Assembly: GCA_964016885.1 (NCBI GenBank)
Contig: OZ024751.1
Coordinates: 21,948,001-22,012,000, forward strand
From: Eledone cirrhosa
Lineage: Eukaryota
Length of the DNA: 64,000 nucleotides
Direction of reading: 5' to 3'
Shown: positions 27,094 through 41,652 of the stretch, piece after piece
How positions within the stretch are numbered: position 1 is the first letter of the stretch
Layout: every line of letters starts with the position of its first letter
The notes under the pieces: model-generated
The model's database searches: none
What the model was told of the DNA's origin: nothing
The model's input: only the letters and a program-made list of their open reading frames with translations
Position numbers and translations under genes: made by a program

Positions 27094-27514
27094 TATATAC
27101 ATACACATATATATATATATAAATATATACACATACACATATATATATATATATATATAAGTATATATACATACACATATATATATATATATATAAAAAT
27201 ATATATACATACACATATATATATATAAATATATATACATACACATATATATATATATATATATAAATATATATACATACACACATATATATATATATAT
27301 ATATAAGTATATATACATACACATATATATATATATATAAAAATAAATATACATACACATATATATATATATATATATAAATACATATACATACACATAT
27401 ATATATATATATATATAAATATATATACATACACACATATATATATATATATAAAAATATATATACATACACATATATATATATATATATATAAAAAAAT
27501 ATATATACATACAC

Positions 27515-27545
<31 letters not shown>

Positions 27546-27721
27546 TATATACATACACATATATATATATATATATATAAAATATATATATACATACACC
27601 CTGCCTGTGCATTCTATGCTTTCTTTTGTACTACCACGTCAACATGAAGGGACCTATTATTTTTATCTAAAAACATTTTTTCCATTCTAACCCAACTTAA
27701 TCTATTTTCTTTCTCATTCTT

Positions 27722-27757
27722 TCTTCTGGTGAAGGACTAGCGTCCGAAACGTTAAGA
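27722..27757 (+). ncRNA. Minimal hammerhead motif (A6G variant)
   Basis: tctt-CTGGTGA-a-ggac(tagc)gtcc-GAAAC-GTT-aaga. The AACGTT palindrome is typical of dimeric PLE hammerheads. Confidence 0.7.
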
Positions 27758-27842
27758 CCCTCTTCCTGCTATAGCAAGCGTTAACCTAATATATACCTTC
27801 CATATACTGTACCGATTGTGTTGTTATTTCTGTTTACCTTTT

Positions 27843-28158
<316 letters not shown>

Positions 28159-28554
28159 GCACATATATTGCTTTGATGAAGAAATTAACACTATATTTCC
28201 TGTTTGGTTGCTATGGCTAAAGAGGTTACCATGTGGACAATTTTGAGTGGACTGAGGTCAACGTTTTTCCTCTCCGGCCAAACACTCATTAATATCTTCA
28301 AGTACCACTTAAACAGAGGGAAGTCAATGTGGTTTTGTGTGCTGCTGTCCTTGCAACAACGAGCAACTCTCTACGTGGTCATTCAAACTGCTAATAACAA
28401 CAGCCAAATCACCCTCAATATATTTCGCATTAAAAGAAACCACAAATTGAATAATATATAGTCCAGTGTATAACTGTTTATTCAATAAAAAGCAAGTAAA
28501 AAACCACAAACCCAAACAGTATATTGAATATCATCAGTATATTGCATATTGTAT

Positions 28555-28698
28555 ATCATCAGGATGATTTCTTACGAATTAAACAATTCTAGTCCTGTAA
28601 AAGTTATTTCTATAATAAAATGAAGATGCTTATACTATGCTAACACAATGAGTACTCGTTTTTAACCGTGGTCAACTCCCGATATACATTGGGAATCC

Positions 28699-28702
<4 letters not shown>
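28555..28702 (+). mobile_element. Decayed family A copy
   Basis: aaacaattctagtcctgtaaaag...gagtactc...cccgatatacattgggaatccacc then (TA)n. Same subfamily as 53440-53632. Confidence 0.65.
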
Positions 28703-28761
<59 letters not shown>

Positions 28762-28765
<4 letters not shown>

Positions 28766-29584
28766 AAAAGAAATTGAAAATGCAACTGAAGTCTTTTAAG
28801 AATATTTATTTACTTCACAGTTCCCTTTATTTACGTGTCCCAACGACTTTCTTTAGCCGTTGCTCGCACCAACCGGAGGTATATAGTCTTTAAAGCGAAG
28901 AAATACCGATGATGGTTGGAAGATCACTGATGAAGGACCACTTTATTCATATGTAACCCATTTGCAACTCCGCAGCACGTTTATTCTCATATTTATACAT
29001 ATTTTTTCCCTCGCTGTGACCCGTCTATTTCGTTCTTACTGCTTTCTCTTTCTCTGTATCTTTACCCTCTCTAACAGTCACTCTCTCTGTTAGCCTCTTC
29101 CCCACCCTTCACTCACTCACTCTCTGTTACTACCTCTCCTCCTCCTCCTCCTCCTCCTTCCCGTTTGACCTGTGCGTAATTCTTTTCTTTCGCACGCTTG
29201 GCCAGGCCGGTCGGCATTTTTTCTCTCTCTCGTCTACGATTTCACAGAACTTATGTTTACCGAATTCACAGACTAGACCCCTTCTTCCTCCCGTTAGACC
29301 TGTGCGAAATTCCTTCCTTGCTCACATTCCAACCAGGTTTGATGGTCTTTATTCTCTCTAGTTCACGATTTCACCGAACTTATATTCATGGAAATTTGGG
29401 ACTTGACTCGCTCTTCCTCACTTTTCGTTGCTTCACCATCTTTGTTTGTTTACACTCTCGCTGTTCCCTTTATTTACGTGTCCCAACGACTTTCTTTAGC
29501 CGTTCCTCGCACCAACTGGAGGTATATGGTCTTTAAAGCGAAGAAATACCGATGATGATTGGAAGATCACTGATGAAGGACCAC

Positions 29585-29590
<6 letters not shown>
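28762..29590. mobile_element. Insert in (TA)n with ~127-bp direct repeats (28820-28946 and 29463-29590)
   Basis: Both repeats end in CTGATGAAGGACC. The left 55 bp resemble the end of the 40070 element (gaaaatgcaactg). Confidence 0.6.
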
Positions 29591-29626
<36 letters not shown>

Positions 29627-29949
29627 CAATCGATTTATTGAAACAAATCAAAGTGTTAATATAATTGAAACTAATACCCCGACTTCGATGATATGGAGGT
29701 TTAACAAGACGTCATGTAATAGAATTGTAAGTACTTTTACGTCATCACCTCAACAACCAATGAAAATACACCAATACGTATGATTTCTAACAATAGAATG
29801 AACATAACTTGCTGCAAGGGATAAAATAAAATAGAGAAAATTATCCAGTGCTTATAAAGAAATATAACAGATTAAAATAATAATTCTTTACATAAAACAT
29901 TATTTCTTTTATTTAAAAACAGATTCATATACAACCCCCACACATGTGT

Positions 29950-29958
29950 GTACGTATA

Positions 29959-30042
<84 letters not shown>

Positions 30043-30366
30043 TATACATGAGTATATATATATATACACTCATGTATATGTATATATATATACACACTCA
30101 TGTATATGTATATATATATATACACTCATGTATATGTATATATATATATATATATATACACTCATGTATATGTATATATATATATATACTTATGTATATA
30201 TATATATATATGTATATATACTCATGTATATATATATATATATATATACACACTCATGTATATGTATGTATATATATATATATATACTCATGTATGTATA
30301 TATATATATATATATATACTCATGTATATGTATGTATATATATATATATATGTATATATACTCATG

Positions 30367-30405
<39 letters not shown>

Positions 30406-30445
30406 TCATGTATATGTATGTATATATATATATATATATATACTC

Positions 30446-30489
<44 letters not shown>

Positions 30490-30764
30490 TCATGTATATA
30501 TATATATATATATATATACTCAGGTATATGTATATATATATATATATATATACTCAGGTATATGTATGTATATATATATATATATACTCATGTATATGTA
30601 TATATATATATACTCATGTATATATATATGTATATGTATATATATATATACTCATGTATATATATATATATGTATATATATCTACATATACACACACACA
30701 TGTATGTATATATATATAAACGTGTGTATATATATATATATATCTACATATACACACACACATG

Positions 30765-30851
<87 letters not shown>

Positions 30852-30882
30852 ATATATCTACATATACACACACACATGTATG

Positions 30883-30917
<35 letters not shown>

Positions 30918-30928
30918 TGTATATATAG
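29950..30928. repeat. Compound (TA)n/CTCATG microsatellite
   Basis: Direct observation. Similar compound TA/TG tracts at 26790-27595, 41545-42776, 47400-47912 and 51870-52885. Confidence 0.95.
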
Positions 30929-31170
30929 GCAAAGTTTCATATTACTGCACACGCAGCATGTTCAATTAATTATAAAAGATATATTTGGCAATTATTTTAC
31001 AGCTAGATGACAGATATACAATTTTTTGAGTTCAAATCGCCGTCGGGTTCTAGTTTGGCCTCCATCGAAATAGAGTTGATAAAAATATGCACTAAGCATA
31101 TGTCATTTTATATTTGAGAAAAAAATTGTTTTGAATTATTAGAGCGGCAATTTATTGGAACCGGTTGAGC

Positions 31171-31201
<31 letters not shown>

Positions 31202-31258
31202 TAAAAAAATAATGAATAAAACAATGAAACAGTTCCTTATATTAAACAAAAAAAGTTC

Positions 31259-31406
31259 ATTATTTAACGATCGTTTCTAGGATATATATGTGTTAGAATT
31301 GGCATGCATATTCAACAGATCTATGTACAAAATTATACAAAATTATACAAACTATCAAAATTAAATATACATACCAACACATATATATGCCGTCTTCAGA
31401 AATAAT
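31259..31406 (-). ncRNA. Type-I hammerhead ribozyme with a 115-nt stem II
   Basis: attattt-CTGAAGA-[115-nt hairpin]-GAAA-cgatcg-TT-aaataat: perfect 7-bp stem I and palindromic ACGATCGT stem III. Confidence 0.75.
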
Positions 31407-31445
31407 ACGGATTGGACACTACCGTAAACTCTTGGTAGATTTATC

Positions 31446-31499
<54 letters not shown>

Positions 31500-31500
<1 letters not shown>

Positions 31501-31850
31501 AATCTATAAAGGAACAAAAAATCAGTGTTGCATGATATACATATTTAATTACATATTACATATGTTTCACTACCGCTCAGCTCGAGTCTACATGTTAACA
31601 CATATCTGAGTTTCTTCCGATTCCAGAGTCAGGCTCGATCCTTAATGGATCGTTCCTCGAGTAGATCGACAATGAAACATATGTAATATGTAAATCAATA
31701 TGTATATGATGCAATACTAATTCTTTGTTCACTTATATATTAATATTATTGATACTCTGCTCCCCAAGAGCATCGAGTGCTCATTCGGCATACCGCCTAC
31801 GGTTAGATATACGAAATTTCTATTCATATCTGTATACAGCTATGCTTGAA
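31500..31850 (+). mobile_element. Fold-back insert with degenerate hammerhead (31601-31690)
   Basis: catat-CTGAGTT-...-GAAA-catatg-TA-atatg. Arms ~31505-31570 and ~31673-31740. The tail agcatcgagtgctca is shared with 49283. Confidence 0.7.
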
Positions 31851-33447
31851 GCTAGATCCTATTTTTCTATTCTCTCTCTCACCCCCCCCCTCTCTCTCTA
31901 GTTCAAGGAGAAACAAATAGAGGTACAAAAAGTATTATTAGTTTCATGCTTTATATTAGAGATTAGAAAGAAATTTCGACGTGTCGTTCTTAAGCCCTTC
32001 TTCAGGAGTACAAAATAGAGACAGGATTACAATAGAGAAACAGAAAAAAGGTCCAGTAAAGAATCGAAAATGGAGATGGAAAACAAGACACCCGTTAGGT
32101 AGTTTTGGTAACGAGTATATATATATAGTGTGTGTGTGTATATGTGCATATATATATATATTTTTTTTTTCCAATCTTCCGAACTCCTCTTTCTCTGAAT
32201 TTTGTCCTTTCCCAATGAAGGATTAATGTGCGATCTGTTGAAAGATTTATTACTTTTCCAATAAGCGTAAAACTAATAAGACTCTGTGTTATTATATTCC
32301 AGAGTAATCTTGGGCTCTTAGTACCAAAGGAATATGGGGGCGTTGTCTTGTATTCTTTGTACCAGTGATATATAGGGTGTTAGTCCTATGACGAAGGGGG
32401 GACTCATATACTTTTTGTACTCTTGGTACCAGTGGAATGTGAAGACATGGACATGTCAACTCTCCTCGTCCGACCGGGAGATCTTGCACCCAATCTGGGC
32501 TGAGTGGGGATGTGAGAGATTTCTTCTTTTGTGAAAATGGGTATAGCTTTCATTATGTGAAATTCCCAATTTTGCCTCATTTCTCACCTGTATGTGTGAG
32601 GGCAGTCTTGTACTCTTAGTACCAGTGGTGTAGGGGTTAGTTATACGAGGAAGGGGTACTCTTGTACTCTGAGTCGGTCGGTTATCATCCATGAAACCGA
32701 TATAAACTCCAATGTTTGTCAAACCCATGCAAACCATGGAAAAGTGGACGTAAAAAGAAAAAAGAAAACCTCTCCAAACTAAAACACTCAAACGCATATT
32801 TAGCATAGTAATATTTGTTTTCAATTTAGATCGTTTTTGGCTGACTGCGAATAAAGTTTTAAGATTGTGGAAGGAAAAAAAAAACAAAAGAAAAAAAAAA
32901 AAACGTAGGAGGAATTTCTAATAGTCGTAAAAAAAAAAACTTCACTGTTATTTCAATTTGTTTTCTCCATTTATTATCATTAAGAGGAATGGAAGTTTGA
33001 TTAATAGAAATACTGTTTTGTTTTTTATCTGAACTAACAAATATTTCTATGTTTTATTTTTCTTAACAAAAATATATATTTTGTGTTTTGTTTGTTTTGT
33101 TATGTTTCGAAGCTTTTTATTTGTTTCGTATTTTGTAGTTAAAGTAGATTTTTATTTGGACAACGTTTTTTTGTTCATTGAATGTGTCATTATATTATAA
33201 TTAAGACAGAATATATACCGTATTATCAGAAGTATTCAGAATGTATTATGAGATTAAGTTATACATGTCGATAAATGTTTTCTTAGTTTTGTTTATTTCT
33301 TTAATTTTTTCATTTAATTAAATTGCAAATGTCGACAGAGAACAGTTGTTGCGTTCATGGAAATCACAAAGCTGACAAATTACCAGTTTTACTCTCAGAT
33401 AGGTTTATAGTTGAACCCACAACGGTTGAGTCACCGGACCACCTCCT

Positions 33448-33560
33448 CTACTTACTGCGATCTGGATCGTGACGTTGACGGGTGTTTACGAAGTAGACTG
33501 GCTCTTTCAGTGCATCAATCTCGCCGTCATCCAGGGTAACGCATTCGCCATTATAGCCGT
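33448..33560 (-). CDS. Candidate orphan exon of an unidentified gene
   Basis: ttgttctag acceptor. Phase-1 frame reads GYNGECVTLDDGEIDALKEPVYFVNTRQRHDPDRSK*, with an alternative GTAAGT donor at 33455. Followed by ~700 bp of unique UTR-like DNA containing AATAAA. Confidence 0.5.
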
Positions 33561-33906
33561 CTAGAACAATACCAAGAAGCACCGAAAACCTTAAACTTCT
33601 TCAGATAAATCAGATATTAAAGCATAAATGTTTAGAATTGTCAAATTATTGAACGATATCCTGGACAATGTTTGTAGAAATGTGAAGGCACATTGCTATT
33701 TTACCGAATTCCACATTCCACATTCTGTTCATCAACGATCATATGGCTGAGCATATATTCTCTCTCTCTTTCATGGAACAGTATATGATAAAATGTATTT
33801 TTGACAAAAAATTTGGCTTTATATAATTTATGCCATAAACCGTGTTATTTTTGATGGTTACTACGTTAGTACACACATGCATGTATTTATATACTCCATA
33901 TACTCA

Positions 33907-33959
<53 letters not shown>

Positions 33960-34394
33960 TGGCTGCCAACTCGTTTTCGAGTATGGCCACTACTTTATAT
34001 CCATGTAGGAGAACCCCTACCGTTGCGCTGAACGAGTGTGACTTTTTAGTCCAGCCAGCGACTTGAAAACTCTGGTACAAACACTACACTTGTGACAATT
34101 ATTGACACATAGTGCTAGGCCCATGGTACCATGTGACGACAAGCGCAGAGAGATCTCCAGATATAAAGCAATGCCTGTGCCGTGAAGCTTTTATAGTGAG
34201 CAAAGGCACTGCACAAAGCCAGTCCCACTTTCTTAACCAATATGATATTTACCAAAAAGAAGAACAAGTCAAAATCATTGGATACAATCAGGGTTGCAGG
34301 TGTTATGTCAGAGTTTTCCTTCTCCTAGAATTCTGCCTTGACAAACGCTAAGGGGTAATCTCTCCCGGTGATTTGGGATGGCCATTGACTCTTA

Positions 34395-34565
34395 AGAGCT
34401 CCTTTGCTCTTTGACAGGTTTTGTTTTTAGTCCTGCAGGATGTCCAAAGTCACCCTCCTCACCAAGAAACCTTGGTGGGGTTGCCAGTTTAGTCGCCAAC
34501 GACTCGACCATGAGACAGGTTGTACTGGGATACATGTTACCAGTAGCACCAACTGGTGACCTGAC
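34395..34565. mobile_element. Dispersed repeat fragment, homologous to 1585-1722
   Basis: ctcctcacca...ttggtggg...cagtttag...actcgaccatg...caggttgt..tggg.tacatg.taccagtagca occurs in both places. Class uncertain (LINE UTR-like). Confidence 0.6.
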
Positions 34566-34603
34566 ATACATTGTGTGTGTATATATATATATATATACAC
34601 ACA

Positions 34604-34637
<34 letters not shown>

Positions 34638-35148
34638 ACAATATATATATAACTGAAATTATTCTCTGTTGTTACGCTGCAATCCACGAAACCCAGAGTA
34701 GCAGAAGCTAGTAATCCCAGTAATATAATGAATATATAGTATTCTCTACTTTGGTATTGAGCACTTTTTTCCTCATATTTGAGATCCCAAATGGATATAT
34801 ATACATGTGTCTTTCTTCCATTCTCTTCCCCCCCCCTCTCTCACACACACACATTGTGAGAAAGAGTGGGTGGGTGACAGATGCTAAGGGGGGAATATTG
34901 GTATTGTGACAAATTGATTCATGGTTCGTTTGTTTTGTCCATTACACGCATTTGGTTGCGACTCTTGGAGACTTGGCCAATTAATGGGGTGGGAGTGGAA
35001 GTTGGAGGTAGGAGAGAGCTGTTGGGTTGACAAAGGGACGTGTGGTGGTGGTAGGGTGGAAAAATGGACGTCGAATGAAAGTAGTGGTGAGTTTGTGAGT
35101 GTTAGTCACTCCCTGGTTCTGAGAGAGAGAGAGAGAGATAGATAGTGA

Positions 35149-35214
<66 letters not shown>

Positions 35215-35479
35215 GGGGGGATGGAAGAGAAAGATATGACTACATAGAGACGCTTCAATTATAGTTGGAAGTTATTAATAAAGTAAGAGAAGTTACAAAG
35301 CCAAGGACCACCCCCACCCCACCCCTACAACAACAATCACTACCATCACTATCAATGTCGACACAAGGACTATTACCAGCAACATCACCACCATCACACA
35401 ACCACCACTACTATCACTAGTAACAACACCATCCACCCCCACACTTATAATGACCACTGTTGCAACCAATAACAAAACC

Positions 35480-37322
35480 ATAGTAACTATAAGAACAGCA
35501 GTAACAACAACAATAGTGGCTGTAACAACAGTAGTAACAACAATAGTAACAACAACAACAGCAACAACAACAGTAGTAACAACAGCAGTAGCAATAGTAA
35601 CAACAGTAACAACAACAATAATAGTAACAACAGTAGCAACAGTAACAACAACAACAGTAACAACAACAGCAATAGTAACAACAGTAACAACAACAGTAAC
35701 AACAACAACAGTAACAACAACAACAGTAACAACAACAGCAATAGTAACAACAGTAACAACAACAACAGTAACAACAACAATAATAGTAACAACAGTAGCA
35801 ACAGTAACAACAACAACAGTAACAACAACAGCAATATTAACAACAGTAACAACAACAGTAACAACAACAGTAACAACAACAACAGTAACAACAACAGCAA
35901 TAGTAACAACAGTAACAACAACAACAGTAACAACAGCAATAGTAACAACATTAACAACAGTAACAACAACAGTAACAACAACAGCAATAGTAACAACAGT
36001 AACAACAACAATAATAGTAACAACAGTAACAACAACAACAGTAACAACAACAGCAATAGTAACAACAGTAACAACAACAGTAACAACAACAGCAATAGTA
36101 ACAACAGTAACAACAACAGTAACAACAGTAACAACAACAGTAACAACAACAGTAACAACAGCAATAGTAACAACAGTAACAACAACAGTAACAACAGCAA
36201 TAGTAACAACATTAACAACAGTAACAACAACAACAGTAACAACAACAGCAATAGTAACAACAGTAACAACAACAGTAACAACAACAACAGTAACAACAAC
36301 AACAGTAACAACAGCAATAGTAACAACAGTAACAACAACAACAGTAACAACAGCAATAGTAACAACATTAACAACAGTAACAACAACAACAGTAACAACA
36401 GCAGCAATAGTAACAACAGTAACAACAACAGTAACAACAACAGTAACAACAACAACAGTAACAACAACAGCAATAGTAACAACAGTAACAACAACAGTAA
36501 CAACAGCAATAGTAACAACATTAACAACAGTAACAACAACAACAGTAACAACAACAGTAACAACAACAGTAACAACAACAACAGTAACAACAACAGCAAT
36601 AGTAACAACAGTAACAACAACAGTAACAACAACAGCAATAGTAACAACAGTAACAACAACAACAGTAACAACAGCAATAGTAACAACATTAACAACAGTA
36701 ACAACAACAACAGTAACAACAACAGCAATAGTAACAACAGTAACAACAACAATAATAGTAACAACAGTAGCAACAGTAACAACAACAACAGTAACAACAA
36801 CAACAGTAACAACAACAGCAATAGTAACAACAGTAACAACAACAGTAACAACAGCAATAGTAACAACAGTAACAACAACAGTAACAACAACAGTAACAAC
36901 AACAACAGTAACAACAACAACAGTAACAACAACAGCAATAGTAACAACAGTAACAACAACAGTAACAACAGCAATAGTAACAACATTAACAACAGTAACA
37001 ACAACAACAGTAACAACAACAGCAATAGTAACAACAGTAACAACAACAGTAACAACAACAGTAACAACAACAACAGTAACAACAACAACAGTAACAACAG
37101 CAATAGTAACAACAGTAACAACAACAACAGTAACAACAGCAATAGTAACAACATTAACAACAGTAACAACAACAACAGTAACAACAACAGCAATAGTAAC
37201 AACAGTAACAACAACAACAGTAACAACAACAGTAACAACAACAACAGTAACAACAACAGCAATAGTAACAACAGTAACAACAACAACAGTAACAACAACA
37301 GCAATAGTAACAACAACAACTA
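35480..37322. repeat. ~1.85-kb AAC/AGT/AGC/AAT compound trinucleotide satellite
   Basis: Direct observation; it produces the spurious poly-T/V and poly-L ORFs. Confidence 0.97.
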
Positions 37323-37709
37323 TCAGGACAGTTATAACAATGAACTAATTATTGTTTATTAATTACAATTATAATAAAATATTTAAGTATGATCTAGATC
37401 ATTTCTCTCTCAGAAGTAAAATAGATGAACAAATGAAAGCAATCAATAATTATTACTCTAAAGAATATCGATGATTTAGAATAATGTGTAAAAATAACGG
37501 TTTTTTGAAGGTGAGGGGGTCTGGAGCATGGGATTTGGAAAAAATGTTATTTGTTCCACGGGAAAAAGGCAACTGATTGGCAGCAGATTCGTTATTGGTA
37601 TCAAAAGGGTTACAGGTATCATTTTTAAATGGTACAATTGGTACAATTTAAATGGTACAATTGGTATATACAATTGGTATATAAAATTATGAAAAAAAAA
37701 GTTTGATCG

Positions 37710-37842
37710 CTTCAGAGAGCTAAGATTACATTTACATACTCCAGGGGGATTACTTTGAAGGAGAAAACTCTTAGTGTGAAGTTTGGGTTTGAAATAAATC
37801 TTTTGTGACATCAGTCCTGGAACTTTTCTGACCCGCCTCATA
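37710..37842 (-). mobile_element. Mariner-like 5' end fragment
   Basis: TA then tgaggcgggtcagaaaagttccaggact (mariner TIR-like), followed by ccttcaaagtaatcccc. Confidence 0.5.
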
Positions 37843-37975
37843 TATATATATATATTTATATCAGTTATAAATATTTACTCGTTGTTAACCCAACAATTTA
37901 AATATAACTTTCCATATATATATATATATATATTTTTTTTTTTCACCTGTTTCAGCCATCCGGCTGAGGTCATGC

Positions 37976-38127
37976 TGGACTAAAATCTAAACCAGAACTA
38001 GCCGTCGAAACGGCTTGAGCTCAGCCGTCGGGGTCCTACTCGTTCCTATTACCCACTCTACTACCCTAAGTATTAAGTACTTTGGTGCGTTATGGTCCAC
38101 CTGGTTCCTTACCACATTTCCTTCGTT
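37976..38127 (+). mobile_element. Family B insert, 5'-truncated within stem II
   Basis: ctagccgtcGAAACGGCttgagctcaGCCGTCgggg, then the family tail to (TA)n. Confidence 0.8.
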
Positions 38128-38151
38128 ATATATATATATATATATATAATG

Positions 38152-38234
<83 letters not shown>

Positions 38235-38676
38235 GTATATATATATATGTATGTATGTGTATATATGTAAACAAATACAACCGCATACACGCACGTGAGA
38301 GAACATGTGGGTAGTTACATGTCTTTAAATGAATATTTAATTCTCTTTTCTCATTCTTCCTTATTTTGTGCAGCCGAGATGTTTGGTTTAGTTTTGCCAC
38401 TTAAGAGTGTTGGACATTAACATACACTAACACATACATACACATACATACACACACATACATACCCATACATACATACGCACACATACATACACATACA
38501 TACATACCCATACACACAGATACGCACACATACATACATACATATACACACATACATACACATACATATACATACATACGCACACATACACACATACATA
38601 CGCACACATACACACACATACATACGCACACATACACTCATAGGCGTGCTTCCAAACACGCCTTATTATATGTATG

Positions 38677-38721
<45 letters not shown>

Positions 38722-39032
38722 CTGTGTGTATATATGTGTGTGTGTGTGTATATGCGTGTGTGTGTGTATAAGTCTTGCCACTTAAATGTTGGAAACTAAT
38801 GTACACTGACATAAACATTAACACACATACACAACACACATACAGAGTCACACTAACGCACATACAGTCACACCAACAGACACACACACATACAGAGTCA
38901 CACTAACAGACACACACACACACACACATAGCCACACTAACAGACACAGACACGCTCACTTTATGTATGTCTATATATCTATATATGAATATGGATTACA
39001 GCTACGTTTACACACACACACACCTAAATGTG

Positions 39033-39065
<33 letters not shown>

Positions 39066-39442
39066 GTGTGTGTAAATATGTAATAAATATTCTCTGAATT
39101 ATTCATATTTTAAAAGCGATATCACACATTTTGATAACCATATTTATCTATATCGCGCACACAATTATATATATATATATATATATATATACTGACAGAA
39201 ATATGTTTGTTATTATTATTATTTTAATGTCGTTGATGTCTTATAATACGATAGGCTTACCTAGAAATTTACAATAACGTGCTATTAGTATGTACACACA
39301 CAGACACACAGACACACACAGACAGACACACACAGACACACACACACACACACACACCCACACACACACACACACATACACCCACACACACACACACCCA
39401 CACACACACACACCCACACACACCCACACACACACAGACACA

Positions 39443-39494
<52 letters not shown>

Positions 39495-39538
39495 CAATGA
39501 TATTAAATAAATGGAAACTATATTTATAAAACCATATT

Positions 39539-39600
39539 TATTCTATTATATATATTTCAAGGGTTCCCAACATTTTGCTACGATCTCATCAGATAAAATA
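39539..39600 (-). ncRNA. Hammerhead motif with weak stem II
   Basis: tattttat-CTGATGA-[27 nt]-GAAA-tatata-TA-atagaata; same family as 26676 and 44205. Confidence 0.6.
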
Positions 39601-39736
39601 CGAAGTGTGTTTTATAAATTTTGACATAACCAATGATAATATACCTTAACGGTTCAAGTTATCTCTGTTGAGTGCCCTGAATCAGTTATAAACATTTATA
39701 TTTGTTGAATTACCAACAAATTGAATATCTCTTCTA

Positions 39737-39805
<69 letters not shown>

Positions 39806-39807
<2 letters not shown>

Positions 39808-39966
39808 GTAGGTCCCGGGTTGAGTCGGGGATAACCACAGTAAGGTACTCAATACATGGCAGAGTAAAATTTTTTTATTTTATAGAAGGAGCTTCTACAG
39901 GACTAGTACTGTTTCATATTTCATCTGAATGAAACAGTACTAGTCCTGTAGAAGCTCCTTCTATAA
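39806..39966 (-). mobile_element. Family A fold-back insert
   Basis: Arms containing GAAACAGtactagtcCTGTAgaag meet near 39922; (TA)n flanks. Confidence 0.85.
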
Positions 39967-40000
39967 AATAAAATAAAAATATATATATATATATATATAT

Positions 40001-40337
40001 TAGAGAGTGAGGTTTTTTTACAAAATGAAAAATAACCGAGGTGTCCTACACGAGTGAAAGTATAAAGAAAAAAAGATGAAATCGAAAATGCAACTGGAAT
40101 CTTATTTTAAAAAAAATATATATATTTATTTGGTTCCTTTACTGGTTTCGCAGTTCTTCTGCTTTTCAAAAGTAGAGTTGAGATGGAGGGTCTGTGGTTT
40201 TTCTCAAAGACCACAAACCCTCCATCTCAACTCTACTTTTGAAAAGCAGAAGAACTGCGAAACCGGTAAAGGAACCAAATAAATATATATATTTAAAAAA
40301 AGATAAGACTCCAGTTGCATTTTCGATTTCATCTTTT
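40001..40337. mobile_element. Fold-back insert with ~130-bp arms
   Basis: Arms ~40070-40200 and ~40210-40337, (TA)n flanks. Confidence 0.85.
40236..40271 (+). ncRNA. Minimal hammerhead, U3-A8 core variant
   Basis: ctt-TTGAAAA-gcag(aagaa)ctgc-GAAA-ccgg-TA-aag. A mirror copy lies at ~40136-40172 (-). Confidence 0.65.
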
Positions 40338-41022
40338 TATATATATATATATTCATTAGTTAAGCAAAACAAGACCACAAACTTCACAAGGAAGACATTA
40401 TTAAAAGATTGTCAACATATTTTAGTTTGATGTAAGGAATGTAGAGAATAATAATAATAATATTAATAATAATAATGTCCTTTTACAATTGTTTCGCTAC
40501 TCCATATAATATTTCTGGATCAGATGACTATATATCATAATTGATCTGGTTCAGTTGAAAATAATTAACATATTTAAAAAAAAACAGAGTGGCTCATCGG
40601 AACTCAAAGGAATATAAATTAAAATAATGTTACATAATATAATGTTCCATATATTGGTTTTTACTATGGTGTCTTGGTTGCATCAGCTGTCAGCCATAAC
40701 CAAGCAGTATTCATCTGTCGAGGCTATATAAAAATTAGAAACAAGGCAGTCTCTGTTGTGTGGTTAAGGAGTTTGCTTGGCAATCACATGATTCTGGGTT
40801 CAGTCTCGTTCGCGTCACTTAAGGCTTGGAAACGACACACACGTGTATGTGTGTGTTTTTCTTTGACTGTGTTTAGGTCCCGTATTTTAGCAGCTCGATA
40901 AGATAAATACCAGCCATGAAAACATGTGTATCAGAGGTAACATGATCAACGATGTGCGCCAGCATGGTCTCAGTGTAATGACTGAAACCAAATGTACAAT
41001 AGAGCTAGCTCCTGTATCTCTC

Positions 41023-41111
<89 letters not shown>

Positions 41112-41554
41112 TGTTATGACACTAAAAAAAAAACGTTCAGGACATTCTCTTCGTTAAATATTAGAGTTTTAGACATTATAGTCCGATTTTTGGAATTAAT
41201 TAGTGAAAAAAAAAAAAAAAAAAAAATGTTACAGCATTTACTTCCGAGTAAATCAAAGATTTTCACTTTCTTTATATTTCTAAAAACCTATCAATATATA
41301 GCTAAATAAAATGGAAAAACCACATGAGATAAATACATAGCTATTTATGAGAAAAATATAAATGAAATTATAATGAACAGATATATAAGAAAAATATAAT
41401 ATGGCCAGGATTTCCATTAGCAAGCTTGTTTCAGATGGTTTTAGACAGAATCTATGGCGTTAGTATATTTCTGTTTGGGGCGGACTGTCGGTTATAGACA
41501 CAGTCTGTGTAGCATTAGTTGTTCACATTTATTTATTATGGGTTGTATGTATGA

Positions 41555-41594
<40 letters not shown>

Positions 41595-41612
41595 ATGTAT
41601 ATATATGTGTGA

Positions 41613-41652
<40 letters not shown>

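Noticed and set aside
31975-32008. Minus-strand CTGAAGA-agggcttaagaac-GACACGTC motif (similar relics at ~1375-1445, ~7260-7320, ~34655-34705 and ~47295-47335)
   Set aside because: Core or stems are too degenerate to call as ribozymes, though they may be remnants of the same class.
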